Assembly (NCBI GenBank): GCA_020184695.1
Contig: JAANOX010000035.1
Span: forward strand, 1-64,000
Reading direction: 5' to 3'
DNA from: Histomonas meleagridis 2922-C6/04-290x
Lineage: Eukaryota; Protista; Parabasalia
Length of the DNA stretch: 64,000 nucleotides
The position numbers and the translations under genes were made by a program. Shown here piece after piece: positions 30,262-42,221 of the stretch. Each line of letters starts with the position of its first letter. The stretch's first letter is position 1. The notes beneath the pieces are model-generated. The model saw only the letters and a list, made by a program, of their open reading frames with translations, was not told where the DNA came from and ran no database searches.

Positions 30262-30846
30262 TTATTGATTTGGAACAATTCCATAAAACCACTTTCTTCC
30301 GTACTCTTCCACGTAGTCATTGATTGTTTTGCCATTAACATCAGGTCCATCAAAATCCACATGATTCTCGACCAAGTATTTTGCAACAGGTATATGATTT
30401 CCGATTATAGCAAAATGAACAGCACTCCATCCGTCACTTGTAACTGCATTTAGGTCAGCGCCTAACTTGTGAATAAATTTGATAAATTGAATATGACCAC
30501 GAGAAGCAGCAACGTGGAGTGGGGTTTTCCCATCCTGATCACGAGCATTTATGTTAGCATTTTTTTCAAGTAAAAGTTCAACAATTTCGCATCTCCCAGA
30601 ATAAGCTGCCCAATGGAGAGCTGTAAACCCAGTGAAATTTTTCTTTGATGGATTTGCTCCATTAAGAAGAAGCGTCTCTGCACATTTTATGGATCCATGT
30701 GCAGCAGCACACATAAGGAATGTATGGAGATGATTAGTTGGTGAATATGTCAATGTATCTGGACTTAGCTGCGTTGGAACTAATGACTTCAACTCGACAG
30801 CGTTATCATATTGTATAAAGTTCATTGCTTTTTGCACAAGATTCAT
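30262..30846 (-). CDS. Canonical uninterrupted ankyrin repeat protein
   Basis: KNFTGFTALHWAA, RDQDGKTPLHVAA, TSDGWSAVHFA with normal 33-aa spacing. Confidence 0.92.
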   Translation of the reverse strand: MNLVQKAMNFIQYDNAVELKSLVPTQLSPDTLTYSPTNHLHTFLMCAAAHGSIKCAETLLLNGANPSKKNFTGFTALHWAAYSGRCEIVELLLEKNANINARDQDGKTPLHVAASRGHIQFIKFIHKLGADLNAVTSDGWSAVHFAIIGNHIPVAKYLVENHVDFDGPDVNGKTINDYVEEYGRKWFYGIVPNQ

Positions 30847-31089
30847 TACTAGCAATTATTTAAAAAAGTGACGTTTTGGATAAAAATGAAATTATTGCAA
30901 AAGCAATTAAATAATTTCTATTTCATTCCCAGTTATTTAGTAGAAAATAAATTAATTTAAAATTTTCCTTTTTTATATTAATCTATTTTATTTTTGTTTC
31001 TTTAAAAATAAGGAAAAAAAATCCCAATAATTTCAATAGTTTATGCAACCACTAAAACAACGGTTTTTAAAACTGACAATTTATCCCAA

Positions 31090-31620
31090 ATGAGTAAGAA
31101 ATGGGTTTTCCCAGAAGTATATTCATATCCACCATTCTGGACACTTCAGTCAAATGTCCAAGAAAGAGAAAAGCAGTGCGAACTTTGGGGAAATCTAATT
31201 TGCGCCTTTACAAAACATCATAACTTTACCGAATTTGAACTTATGAGCGCTTTGGAAACTCCCCTATTCAAAAACAACAAACTTGGCAGGCAACTTTCCA
31301 TGGATACACTTATAATAATTCTTGATTATCTTGTCGAAAAAGGAAATGCTCAATGGATATCAGAAACAAAAGGAAGAGTTCGCATTATTTGGAGGACCTA
31401 TAAGGAATGGGGAGAAATGATGTGGAAATGGGCATTTGATAATGGACAAATCGGAACAGTTTTTACAGTCCATGAACTTCTTGAAGATCACGAAGACGCA
31501 CCCAGTTACAAGATGAACATTAACATTCTGACTGACTCTATCAAACTTCTACAGACACAAGGAAAATGTAATTACATGGTCAATCAGTCACTTGATGAAT
31601 GTGGTGTTAAATTCCTTTGA
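31090..31620 (+). CDS. VPS25: ESCRT-II subunit Vps25
   Basis: FPEVYSYPPFWTLQ, LFKNNKLGRQLS, IIWRTYKEWG. Confidence 0.93.
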   Translation: MSKKWVFPEVYSYPPFWTLQSNVQEREKQCELWGNLICAFTKHHNFTEFELMSALETPLFKNNKLGRQLSMDTLIIILDYLVEKGNAQWISETKGRVRIIWRTYKEWGEMMWKWAFDNGQIGTVFTVHELLEDHEDAPSYKMNINILTDSIKLLQTQGKCNYMVNQSLDECGVKFL

Positions 31621-32084
31621 TATCATTAATGCATTTGATTAAAGCATCTTTAAATACGCAATTTTTTTAACATTTTTCTGTTTAATTTTTTCAATCATTT
31701 GCTCATTGTTTGAAATAATTAATGCAACAATCATTTAGCGAAATGTTATTATTGTTTTTGTTTCAATATACATTAAAATGATATCATTTTGGTTTTTAAT
31801 TTATATATCTTCAAAAAATCATTAAGATTATATTTTCATTTGGGTTGGATCAGTTTCTGTGAAATTTGAATAGTTTATTAATAGAATCTATTTTCCTCTT
31901 AAATCATTAATAAACTTCATTTTTTTCAAAACTATTCTTCAATGCATTAACAGAATCTTATTCATTCAATGCAGTCAATTATCACTCCATTTTGATGTTA
32001 ATTATCACTTCAAGATATAATCATCTATGCTAAATGATATAATTATTTAATAAAATATTTATATATAAACAAGATTCAACATTA

Positions 32085-33002
32085 TTACGCATCAAGTCGC
32101 TCCGATTGACACCACTGCCAAACCGACGGCTTTTCTCTGATGTTAGCACTTAATGGTCTCGATTCAGTGTATCCATTTATAATGTTATAATCTCTTTGTT
32201 CCTTTTCTCTTCCATTTGTAAACCTTTGGAACACTCTTTGTTGCGTTTTATTCTTTTCTTCTTCTCTTTTGGTTACATATTCTGTTTCTCTTTTCCTTGC
32301 TAATTGCGCTTTTTGTAGCGACGAATTTGGGAAATCATTGATTACCTTTAGATATGAATCATTTGTACATTCACTTGTGATAATGTTGAACTCATTAGAA
32401 TGCGCTCTTTGTTCATTAGGTGAAAGTTTGTGAAGATGTTCAATATATTTCGTTGTGTGTAACATTTCTTCTTGTTGCTTACGAGTTGATTCTAATTCTT
32501 CTGTGGGAAAAGTATTCGAAATTGGATCTATTTGTCTTGATAGTTTAAATTGCTTATATGTCTCCTTTTTATCAAGAATTTGTTTGATTGTTGATTTGAA
32601 ATTGGATTCTTTATGTGAAAGTCCTGAAATAACATCAAAATCTCTGGATTCTAAATCGCGCCTTGTGGTACAGGTTGGAGCTTTTTCTGTTTGTCTTTGA
32701 TATTTTGTGTATTTAGGCCATTGGAAGGCATCATCATGATCTTGAATTTTTTTAAATTTGCGCCTTTTTGTTTGACTATCATCACCTTCCATAGAAGCTG
32801 TTGTATAAAAGCTAGGATCAATTGGAATATCATCAACTTCATTTTTTTTATCACTATCATCAAATTCTGTTTTTGAAAAAATTCCTCCTTCTTCATATTT
32901 ATGAATTTCTGGTCTAATGTATGCTTCAGGTGGTGGAGGGCGATTTCTTTCTGCTTCCCTTTCTTTTAAAATATCTTCCCAACAAGTTGGTTGTTTTCTC
33001 AT
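32085..33002 (-). CDS. Hypothetical protein with spaced [FY][DN]xI[STN]-like motifs
   Basis: First ATG at 33002 with Inr TCACTTTT upstream; FDVISG, IDPISN, FNIITS, YNIING. Confidence 0.7.
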   Translation of the reverse strand: MRKQPTCWEDILKEREAERNRPPPPEAYIRPEIHKYEEGGIFSKTEFDDSDKKNEVDDIPIDPSFYTTASMEGDDSQTKRRKFKKIQDHDDAFQWPKYTKYQRQTEKAPTCTTRRDLESRDFDVISGLSHKESNFKSTIKQILDKKETYKQFKLSRQIDPISNTFPTEELESTRKQQEEMLHTTKYIEHLHKLSPNEQRAHSNEFNIITSECTNDSYLKVINDFPNSSLQKAQLARKRETEYVTKREEEKNKTQQRVFQRFTNGREKEQRDYNIINGYTESRPLSANIREKPSVWQWCQSERLDA

Positions 33003-33047
33003 ATGTTGGTAACGTACAAAAAGTGACACAAAGAAAACGTTTAGAAA

Positions 33048-34289
33048 ATGATGTCTGCTCTTGATAAACTCAGAGCAGAGTCTTCAGTCTGTCTCCCAAA
33101 TTCAATATCTCGGATCCACAATTTCAAAAGAAAAGTTAGCGCTGCAACACTAAGCCATCATGGTTATATAATGGGGATTGGATATTCAACAGGATTAATA
33201 TCGGTCTTCCATTCTTCTTCTTTTGCTAATGTTCATAAATTCGAAGGGCATTCTTCTGCAATCACTGCATTAGCGTTTTCAAGGAATACTCGTTTTTTAG
33301 CTTCTGGCGATAAAAATGGTGTTTTTATGATCCATCCAATTGATGAATCTTATGAACCAAAGCAGCCAATATACTCCATTGAATTTGAGTCCTCAATTAG
33401 ATCAATACAATATAGTCCAATTGATCTGAAATATCTTTTTATTTTATTTGATGATGATAAACTTTTAATATTTAACCAACAAAACAACACAACTATCGAA
33501 GTTGAAGGCGAATTTTCCACATGTGTATGGTTTAACACCAAATTATCCATTTTTACAACAACAGATAAATCAGGTCAAATCATTTCTATACCCAATCTAG
33601 AAGTCACTGATACATATTCTTTTTCTTCCAAGAAGAATCGAAGTATTCGTCGCATTAATAAAATTTCGATATCTTCAGATGACAAGTCAATCATTTTTAT
33701 AGACAACAATGGATATTCCCGTCACTTTCACTTCCAAAAGAACCACCTACGATCCTTTATTGACCAAGTTAATCCAGTTCGATATAATACATGTTCATTT
33801 TCACGTCGAAACAAGTTTGCTGTATTTGGCTACAAAACATCCGGAAAGACATTAATTGACATTTGGGATCTATTGTATGAAGAAATCCTTCCTACGCAAA
33901 AGTTTCCTCGACTTAAGTCTCAAGAAACACCTCTTTTTATACTTGTGCATCCACTCCAGCCTACTTTTTATGTAATATTTGCTAAATATGCATACATAGC
34001 TAGCTTAGATGCACGTGTTCACATGAGAAACAGTATCGACCAGAAGGATATGGTGTTCATGAACTTCCCTTACATTGAACCGGAGGAAGAGTTTGACATC
34101 AAATACATTGAAACAGAAGAATTGAAAGAAGAAACCGTTTTCACACAAAAACTGGCCGATTCATATGTGATGGAAGCTGAAAAAAGACAATTAATGCCAG
34201 GTGATGAGAATTTCCCGGATTTGTTGATAGAGTTTCCTTTCTATTTCGAATCACAACATCCAAGTGAGGAGGAAGAAGAGGAAGATTAA
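33048..34289 (+). CDS. WD40 protein, RBBP5/Swd1 (COMPASS)-like
   Basis: WD40 blades (GHSSAITALAFSRNTRFLASG); post-propeller YIEPEEEFD resembles the RBBP5 YEERESEFD motif. Confidence 0.65.
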   Translation: MMSALDKLRAESSVCLPNSISRIHNFKRKVSAATLSHHGYIMGIGYSTGLISVFHSSSFANVHKFEGHSSAITALAFSRNTRFLASGDKNGVFMIHPIDESYEPKQPIYSIEFESSIRSIQYSPIDLKYLFILFDDDKLLIFNQQNNTTIEVEGEFSTCVWFNTKLSIFTTTDKSGQIISIPNLEVTDTYSFSSKKNRSIRRINKISISSDDKSIIFIDNNGYSRHFHFQKNHLRSFIDQVNPVRYNTCSFSRRNKFAVFGYKTSGKTLIDIWDLLYEEILPTQKFPRLKSQETPLFILVHPLQPTFYVIFAKYAYIASLDARVHMRNSIDQKDMVFMNFPYIEPEEEFDIKYIETEELKEETVFTQKLADSYVMEAEKRQLMPGDENFPDLLIEFPFYFESQHPSEEEEEED

Positions 34290-34590
34290 CAATTAAATGA
34301 ATGTATTTTTTAGAAATGATTGTAAAAATAAAATCATTTTTTTTGGATGTTTTCTTATGTTTTAAGATACTAGGAAACGAATAAAAAAAATTTTTCAAAT
34401 TCTCATTTTTCTAATTTAAATGAAATTTGTTAACTTTTATTATGAAAATGATATCTCTTTTAAATCATTTGTTAAAACAGATTTGTGGTTAGTCAATTTA
34501 TAATCCTGCAATGGATAAATTGTTTTATGCATTTGTACACAAAGCACGTTAATTTTTAAACGGCCCCAAAAGATTTTTAACGTACTGGAA

Positions 34591-37197
34591 ATGGACATAG
34601 GGAATTCTTCCCCAAACCATTATTACAAAAAATATAAAAAGATAAAAAAAGAAAACTCTAAACTATTAACCAAAAATCATGAACTAGAAAATCAAATTTC
34701 ATTATTGAAGAATCAATTTGAAAAAGCAATTCAAATAACTTCATCTATGGAAGAAATACATGCTAAGAACTCACAAAATGAAAAGGAGGTATTAAAACTC
34801 AAAATTGAAAATCAAGAATTACAAGAAAGATTAAAATTAGCAACAAAATTCCAACAAGAAAGCGCACAAAGAGATACAAGCAAATTTACTCAAGAGGTCC
34901 TTGTTTCACAAATACAACAACAGTGTAGAAAAGATATTGAAGAAATATCAGATAAATTAAATCAGTTAGAAAATGAAAAACAGGAAATCAAAACACAACT
35001 TACTGTGTCAAATACCAATTTTTCACAAGTTTTTAAGGAAGCCACCGATTATTTTGACACAGAAATCGAAACATATACTCAGCTCATCCAACATTTCAAA
35101 AAGTCTAAATCAGAAAATCTCAAAAATATTTCACGTATTGGTTTATTAAAGAGCAAACTTAAAGAATGTATCATTGAAATTAATGAGTTAAATGAATCAA
35201 AATCAAAATATAAGGAAAAGATAAAACAACTTTTAACAACCATTAACACTCAAGAAACGAATTATATAAATAAAATAAGTGAAATTGAAGACATTAATCA
35301 TAACATGGAAGAACAAATTGATACATTATCTAACAAAAACATTACTTTAATGAATGAAATATCTGAATATAAGTCAAAACTTAATTCCAATTTACAAATT
35401 ACAGAAACAGAAAACAACATCGAAAATCAATTAATACAAAGCACTAGAAAATTACATAAAAGCGCATTACAAAATAAAAAACTTAATAAAAAACTTAAAT
35501 CACTTTCTGATAAAGCCGAATATTATGAAAATAAATGTAAATTTTATATAAAAGAAATTCATCTGTTAAGAAGTACTAATGCGAAATATGAAGAAGAAAA
35601 TCAAATAAATTCAAATAATTGTAATGAATGTTTACTTCAGATTAAAAATTTGGAAATTGATCATAAAAGAAATAAAGAAATAATTATGACGAAAGATGAA
35701 GAAATCAAAAACTTAAATGAAACTATTGATAAAAATTATATAGAAATAAAAGAAAATGAAAAAACATTAAAAGAATTACAACAGAAAAATAATGAAATTT
35801 TCTCTTCATTAAAGAAGCAATCTGATAAACTTAATGAAACAGAATATGAACTTCAAATAAAAATAAATGAAAATGAAAAACTTAAAAAAGATATGGAAAT
35901 AACAAAGGAACAATCAAAAGAATTAATGAAACAAATGAATGAAATAAATAATGAAATTTTATCAATTGATTTTCCATTAGAATTAAAGGAAAATATAACA
36001 GAAATCATTAAAAATGAAATGTTATTATTACCTAATAAAATTCGAAATATATTTTATTCTATTGTAAAATTTTATAATGAACAAAATAATATTCTTAAAA
36101 ATGATTTTGAAAAAGAGAAAAATGAAAATTCTAAGTCAAATGAACAAATTCATAAATTCCTTTCACATTTATGTTATTATTTCCCAGAAACGAGAAATAA
36201 TACAAATGTTTCATTTGATGATGAAAAAACACAAAAGTTATTATTAAAGAAAATTGATATTTTTGATAAAGAGAAAAAAGAATTTGCTAATGTTAAATTA
36301 CAATTAAACGATTTATATCAAATATTAAATATTAATTCATTAAATGATATAAAGCAAAAAATTTTTGAGCTCCAACAAATAATTAAAGATAGAAATGAGC
36401 AAATTTCAAAATTGCAAAAGAAAAATGAAAAATTAAATTTAAGTAATAAAAATATAACAGAAAATATTCAACAAGAAAACGAAGAATTAAATGTAACAAA
36501 TAATGAACTTCAAAACATAAATGAAAAACTTTTGAAACGATTTAAGTATAAAGAAAATAAAAACAAAACAATTCAAGAAAAGCTTTTAAATGAGAATCAA
36601 AATCTTAAGAAGAAAATCGAAGAATTAAATGCAATTAATGAAGAAAATGAAGATAAATTATATATAATGGAAGAAAACAATAAAAAACTTCAACAAAAAC
36701 TTCGAAACTATAAAAATAAAATTAGTTTTAATACATCTGAAATCGAAGAATCGAAAGAAAAAATTCGCAAACACAAAAATAATTATGAAATTTTATTAAA
36801 TGAACTTAATGAAAGTTCTAAAACACAAATTTCTGAGTTACAAAATGTTATAAAGACATTAAATATGAGAATAAAACAAATCGAAGAAGAAAATAAAAAA
36901 CTCGAATTTAAAAACAACGAATTAATCCTTGAAAAACAGAAAATGGAAACACAAAAAAATGCAATAATATCAGAATGTAAAAGAGATAAAAAGTCAATCG
37001 AATCACAACTTAACGCAAAAATTAAATATACGCAAAATGATTATCAGAATAAAATCGATGAAATTCAGAGCAAAAAAGAAAAAATTTATGAAACGATTTC
37101 AAATCTTTTTTCGCAAATAATTGGATATCAAAATATAAATGATTCGAATGTTGAATCATTATTAAAGATTATTCAAGAAAAGATTGTAAAAAGATAA
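34591..37197 (+). CDS. Long coiled-coil protein
   Basis: 868 aa, K/E/N/Q-rich heptads; no specific family recognised. Confidence 0.8.
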   Translation: MDIGNSSPNHYYKKYKKIKKENSKLLTKNHELENQISLLKNQFEKAIQITSSMEEIHAKNSQNEKEVLKLKIENQELQERLKLATKFQQESAQRDTSKFTQEVLVSQIQQQCRKDIEEISDKLNQLENEKQEIKTQLTVSNTNFSQVFKEATDYFDTEIETYTQLIQHFKKSKSENLKNISRIGLLKSKLKECIIEINELNESKSKYKEKIKQLLTTINTQETNYINKISEIEDINHNMEEQIDTLSNKNITLMNEISEYKSKLNSNLQITETENNIENQLIQSTRKLHKSALQNKKLNKKLKSLSDKAEYYENKCKFYIKEIHLLRSTNAKYEEENQINSNNCNECLLQIKNLEIDHKRNKEIIMTKDEEIKNLNETIDKNYIEIKENEKTLKELQQKNNEIFSSLKKQSDKLNETEYELQIKINENEKLKKDMEITKEQSKELMKQMNEINNEILSIDFPLELKENITEIIKNEMLLLPNKIRNIFYSIVKFYNEQNNILKNDFEKEKNENSKSNEQIHKFLSHLCYYFPETRNNTNVSFDDEKTQKLLLKKIDIFDKEKKEFANVKLQLNDLYQILNINSLNDIKQKIFELQQIIKDRNEQISKLQKKNEKLNLSNKNITENIQQENEELNVTNNELQNINEKLLKRFKYKENKNKTIQEKLLNENQNLKKKIEELNAINEENEDKLYIMEENNKKLQQKLRNYKNKISFNTSEIEESKEKIRKHKNNYEILLNELNESSKTQISELQNVIKTLNMRIKQIEEENKKLEFKNNELILEKQKMETQKNAIISECKRDKKSIESQLNAKIKYTQNDYQNKIDEIQSKKEKIYETISNLFSQIIGYQNINDSNVESLLKIIQEKIVKR

Positions 37198-37474
37198 TAA
37201 TGAAAGGAAACATATAAATAAATATTTGTTGTTTTTAAATGTATGAAAAATAAATCATTTTTTAAGGCATATAATTTTATTTTCTAATTGATTATCTAAT
37301 TTATCTTCTACGTAATTATACAGAAAAAAAAATTTAAACGTAAAATACAATCTGCTTTAAAATCTATCGAAGCAAATATAAAATAAATCAAAACTATAAC
37401 AATAAATGTTTAATGAATTACTGAAAAACAAAAAACGAAATGAAAACTTTATTAAAATATTTATTGAACAATTT

Positions 37475-38149
37475 TTAATCTGTTTTTGGCTTTTGCTTTT
37501 CATTTTCAGTATTTTTCGTATTCTCTTTTTCTTTATCATTTTTTACTTCTGCTTTTTCTTCTTTCTTTTGTCTTCTTTCTTTTTTAACATTTTGTTTTTT
37601 AGTTTTATTTTCTGTTTTAACATTTTTAGAATTACATAATTGAAGTTTTATTATCCAAAACATTAGTGGTAATGTTATGGCAACGAACAGCAATTGGAAT
37701 TTGAAGTATTTAAGGTTATATAATTTGTCCGAAAATGTTAATATTTTTTTGAATGTAAATGAAAAAATATTTTTATCTTTTGCAAATATAACATGAATTA
37801 CGAGTGTCCCAACAATGATTTCTAAAGTACCATGCTCACCCATGTTTATTGAGGATTTAAAGAATGGAATGTCTCTTTCAAATGAAAATGAGTAATTATT
37901 ACCAAAAACAAGAAATGTCCCAATGGGACTTGCCCAATCATTGTTCAAGTGTATTTCTACGTCATGATTAAAGATTTTTGTTAAATAAGCATTTTCTGAA
38001 TATTGTTGGATTGAAAGATTAAATGGTTGAATTGTATTTGATGGATATGACTTCGCAGAAATGCACTCAAAATTTCCTTCAAGTAGTCTTTCGAACTCAA
38101 GATATTCAAAAGATAAACAAGAAAAAAGAGAAACAAAGAACCAGTTCAT
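37475..38149 (-). CDS. Type I membrane protein with KxKxx-type ER-retrieval tail
   Basis: Signal peptide, TM LLFVAITLPLMFWII, charged tail ending KPKTD. Confidence 0.65.
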   Translation of the reverse strand: MNWFFVSLFSCLSFEYLEFERLLEGNFECISAKSYPSNTIQPFNLSIQQYSENAYLTKIFNHDVEIHLNNDWASPIGTFLVFGNNYSFSFERDIPFFKSSINMGEHGTLEIIVGTLVIHVIFAKDKNIFSFTFKKILTFSDKLYNLKYFKFQLLFVAITLPLMFWIIKLQLCNSKNVKTENKTKKQNVKKERRQKKEEKAEVKNDKEKENTKNTENEKQKPKTD

Positions 38150-38642
38150 GAATTTTTATATCACATGTCAAATGCAACTCACATGATATAACCAAAAACT
38201 CTTTAACTATTAAGCCTACCAACAGACAAATTACTGCTTTTTGTTCAATGCTTTCCATATTTTTTTATAAAATTTATTTTATCATATTTAATTATGAAAT
38301 CAAATTAATATGTTTTCATCATTCTTTAAACTGTTTTTATCCTAACAAATACAATTAATCTATCCGTAATCCAAAATTTTAAGTCATTACTCAGAATTTA
38401 ACGTGATGTATGTATTTTGATACTGCCATTTTATGCCTATAAAAATTCAAACGAAAATATTGTAAAAAAGAACGTTTAAACAAATCAATTTTGTATAAAG
38501 ATCGATAATTGAATGTGAAAACGATTATTTTTACCACAAATTTCGAAAAAAAAAATAAATAAATAATAATAATAAAAAACATAATGCAACGTTGAATGAT
38601 TCTCGCGATTTTTATTGAACCACTGGAATATCGCTGATCTAA

Positions 38643-41600
38643 CTATTCATCTTCGAAATTTTTATCGAACATTCGGGATGAAAGAAGACCCAACTCTGGG
38701 TTGCTATGTTTCTTACACAGCTCAGCGAATGCTGCTCTTCTTTCTCTTATTTTATTTTTATTATTTAATTTCTCCATTGATTCAACATAATAAGAAATAT
38801 AAAACGCCAACGTTTCTATGCTCATTGTTTGTTCCAAAGCGAATGGTGACAATATTTCCTTATTTCCAGCTACTTCAGTAACGCTATACATTCCTAATTC
38901 ATTTGGCTTTATGACGATTATAACCGCCTCATCTCCTTCACTTTTTGTATAATTTATTCTGAAGTTTGTTTCATTGAAAACGATTTTTATCGGTGCGTTC
39001 AACTTCTCAATTTTTTCAATAGCGTTTTGATCGTTAGTCAATGCAGGAGAAATAAACGCAATGAAACCAGACGAACATAGCAACGCAGGGACCGGGCATT
39101 TCATCAAAGGGAATTCTCTTTTCTTAGCCGCTTCGTCCGATATCATAATTTTCTCACCAATTGAATTTAAGAATTTCAACATCAATGGGGTCATTCTCTT
39201 TACATGTTCATCTTTATATCCGATGTCATTATCAGAAGGTAACAAGTGAATGATTTGCAACGGGATTAACGAAGTAATACTATTATTATCGAAATCGCTT
39301 ATTGCCTTTTTCACCAATTCCAAGTTATTTTGTTGTCTGATATCATATTTGTTGTTATGTTCGAACATGCCCAAAGTCGTTAAGAAGTCGATGACTTTAT
39401 ATCTTTGTTGTGGCCCATGATAATTAAACGGATAATATTCGCCGAACTTTTCCCAATCGATTTTCGACTTTGCCAATTCTTCATATTTCTTATGTATTAA
39501 GTTACTTAAATCTTTGATTTCATTTGGATCCATTTTATCATATTCGAACATTTGTATTGGATCACCTATTTTTTCCAATATATTATTTATATTTATTTCA
39601 TTATTAGATTCTTTTGTTGTATTTGTTGAAGTTATTGTCGATATTTTAGGTGTTGCTAAATCACTTTGATAATCATCATTTAATGTCCAAATCGATTTAC
39701 CAAATGGTCCACGTGCAAAGATTACATATTGATTAACATTATCTTTGTTTTCGATGAATGATATTAATAACGATTGGCCAATTGTATAATAATTAATGAT
39801 TGTATTCTTCAACGAAAGTTTTTGTATTAAGTTGTCTTCATTAATTTCATTGTCGGAATCGATACGTCGTGTGTACACATCGTTAAGTGGAATATGTAAA
39901 TTAATTCGCGCTTTGATATAATCGAAGAAATGATTTAAATCAGTTGGAATATGTTTCGATGTTTTCTTCACTCGAACATTTGTATTGTTGTTGTTATTAT
40001 TGTTGTTATTAATATTTGTACTTTCATTATCATTAACTTTAAGTTGAGCACTTCGCGATATCTTCGAATTCGACGATTTCTTTTCTCTTGTTTGTGATAA
40101 GTCTATTGTTGCTGATGTTTTATTACGTGGTTCATTTTCTGATTTATGTCTTTTAATTGATTCTTGATCTTTAATTACATTGGACATGAAATTAATATAA
40201 CTGAAAACAGAATCAACGCTTTTCGAGTTATCGAAATATTTCGGAGTATATTCGATAAGATTTAATAATAAATGTAATGACGAATATAAAACTTTCGATT
40301 TACTTCGTGCATATTTCATATCTAATGTTGAGAATTGATCAAAGATTAAATCAATTAAGTTATGATTAATATCAGATAATCCATGATATTTAACGACTAA
40401 TGATATATATATTATACATGAGATACAAAACATTGGATTAGAATCAATGAATCTTTGGAATGTAGGATGTTTCGTGATACTTGATTTAATAAGGTCAAAT
40501 ATCGTACAATTAATGTTTAAATATGAAATTGGATTTATCATTAAATTAAAACGAATTTCAGGTGATTTATCTGATAATTGCCATAATTGTTTGAAACAAT
40601 TCGAGACAATTTCTTGTGTCGATTTATATGAATCATTACGTAAGATTTCAACAGATGATAAATATAATGTAGTAATGTTTTGTAAATCTTTTTCTTCAAG
40701 TTCTTTAGGTTTAAAGTTTAATATAAAGTTAAGTGCTATATGTGATATGAATGGAAGTGTCGTTGTTTGCACTGAAAATATTGTATAAGCGTTCTGAATA
40801 AATGAGAAAACCGTTTGAGTTTGTTCTAATGTAATCGATGCAAACGCTGAAATATAATTAATAATTTCTTCATCGATTTTATCAAATTCAAAAAATGATA
40901 TGATTTTGATAATGGTATTAATGTTAATGGAATAACCAGAATCACATTCAGATGGTTTGGCAAATGTGATGAAGCGACCAAATAACTTCAGAAAACTGTG
41001 GCCAGGAAATTTAATGCGGTAAAATCCTTTTTGCATTGATGTTGAGATCTCAAGAGCTTGATCTGTGATCGAAGATATTGCTCTATAGATCTCTTCAATT
41101 ACATCAGGATGATTATGTGCTTGATTAAAATCAAGTGAATATAATGTTTGATGGAAAAGAAAGGCAACTGTATTCTTATCAATCGGTTCTGAATCAAGAT
41201 AAACGCCTTGGGTGAAAATTGGCTTTGGAATTTCAACATTATAATATTTTTCAATCATAAATTTAAATATTGTTCTTGATAAGATATTCCAACATTTTGC
41301 AAAATCAATGTCAAAGCTCCACTTATGTGAAAAGTTAAGGAATATTTTCCATACTTCATCATCTTTAATTCCTGATAATTGAATGACTGAAAAACAACAA
41401 GAAATAGCATTTCTTTTAAGAACAGATACTTCTGCAGCATTAATTTGATTGTTAAAGTTTGTGTATAAGAGTTTATCAACAATTGCAATTAAAATGTAAA
41501 ATAATGTTATCCATGTTTCTTTTTCAAAGTATTTCCCTTTCACAACATGCATATAAGCGTAATCATTAATAATTTCTAAAAGGAGTTGGTAGAAATCACT

Positions 41601-42005
41601 ATCGAATTTAGTATTTGGTGCGAATTTCATTTCGAATGGTTGAGAAAGTTGTTTTAATATTCTTCTTATAAACTTGTTTTGCCTTTTAATATCCCCGAAC
41701 AGAGATGAATCTTCGAGCCATCTTCTATAAAAGTTTCTAGCGATAATCATGAATTTGTTTTCATGAACATTTAATGACAAAGCGACTCCCATAAATTCCA
41801 TTAAAATCTTCACTCTTTTCTTTGTGTCGATACATACGGCGTCCAAATTTCTACCTATTGATTCTACCACTTTTTTTGAAGCTTCTACAATTGTTTCACG
41901 ATCATAAGTTAAAAATGCGTAATCTTTAGAGTCATCTTGTAAAAGCTTGAATTCCAACAATGAATTTAACATGAAATGAGTTGCGAAAGGGTCTTCTTCC
42001 ATCAT
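38643..42005 (-). CDS. RalGAP/Rap-GAP-like large protein
   Basis: Helical N-terminus; YVIFARGPFGKSIW; C-terminal PLQIIHLLP...MLKFLNSIG...IKIVFNE resembles a degenerate Rap-GAP domain; poly-Asn linker; first ATG at 42005. Confidence 0.6.
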   Translation of the reverse strand: MMEEDPFATHFMLNSLLEFKLLQDDSKDYAFLTYDRETIVEASKKVVESIGRNLDAVCIDTKKRVKILMEFMGVALSLNVHENKFMIIARNFYRRWLEDSSLFGDIKRQNKFIRRILKQLSQPFEMKFAPNTKFDSDFYQLLLEIINDYAYMHVVKGKYFEKETWITLFYILIAIVDKLLYTNFNNQINAAEVSVLKRNAISCCFSVIQLSGIKDDEVWKIFLNFSHKWSFDIDFAKCWNILSRTIFKFMIEKYYNVEIPKPIFTQGVYLDSEPIDKNTVAFLFHQTLYSLDFNQAHNHPDVIEEIYRAISSITDQALEISTSMQKGFYRIKFPGHSFLKLFGRFITFAKPSECDSGYSININTIIKIISFFEFDKIDEEIINYISAFASITLEQTQTVFSFIQNAYTIFSVQTTTLPFISHIALNFILNFKPKELEEKDLQNITTLYLSSVEILRNDSYKSTQEIVSNCFKQLWQLSDKSPEIRFNLMINPISYLNINCTIFDLIKSSITKHPTFQRFIDSNPMFCISCIIYISLVVKYHGLSDINHNLIDLIFDQFSTLDMKYARSKSKVLYSSLHLLLNLIEYTPKYFDNSKSVDSVFSYINFMSNVIKDQESIKRHKSENEPRNKTSATIDLSQTREKKSSNSKISRSAQLKVNDNESTNINNNNNNNNNTNVRVKKTSKHIPTDLNHFFDYIKARINLHIPLNDVYTRRIDSDNEINEDNLIQKLSLKNTIINYYTIGQSLLISFIENKDNVNQYVIFARGPFGKSIWTLNDDYQSDLATPKISTITSTNTTKESNNEININNILEKIGDPIQMFEYDKMDPNEIKDLSNLIHKKYEELAKSKIDWEKFGEYYPFNYHGPQQRYKVIDFLTTLGMFEHNNKYDIRQQNNLELVKKAISDFDNNSITSLIPLQIIHLLPSDNDIGYKDEHVKRMTPLMLKFLNSIGEKIMISDEAAKKREFPLMKCPVPALLCSSGFIAFISPALTNDQNAIEKIEKLNAPIKIVFNETNFRINYTKSEGDEAVIIVIKPNELGMYSVTEVAGNKEILSPFALEQTMSIETLAFYISYYVESMEKLNNKNKIRERRAAFAELCKKHSNPELGLLSSRMFDKNFEDE

Positions 42006-42221
42006 TTTGCAAACGGTTTTCTTTCGTAAAAAATTCAAAAATCGAAATCGACTTTTTCTCAAAATTGAGAGCAAATAATTTTGTAAACATCGATTAACAC
42101 AACACTTTTTGAGATGTTTACTCACCCAATTTTCTGACGTAAGTAATTCTATCAAAATTATCGTTTGGAATTTTTTTTTTAAAGATTTATTATTATAATC
42201 CAAAAACACTTTCAAAAATAT

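Noticed and set aside
34591-37197. Coiled-coil ORF as a viral or transposon protein
   Set aside because: No integrase, transposase, polymerase, terminal repeats or target-site duplication; no Maverick, mariner or Mutator element was recognised anywhere in the window.
39990-40015. (AAT/AAC)n poly-Asn tract
   Set aside because: Ordinary low-complexity linker in an AT-rich genome.
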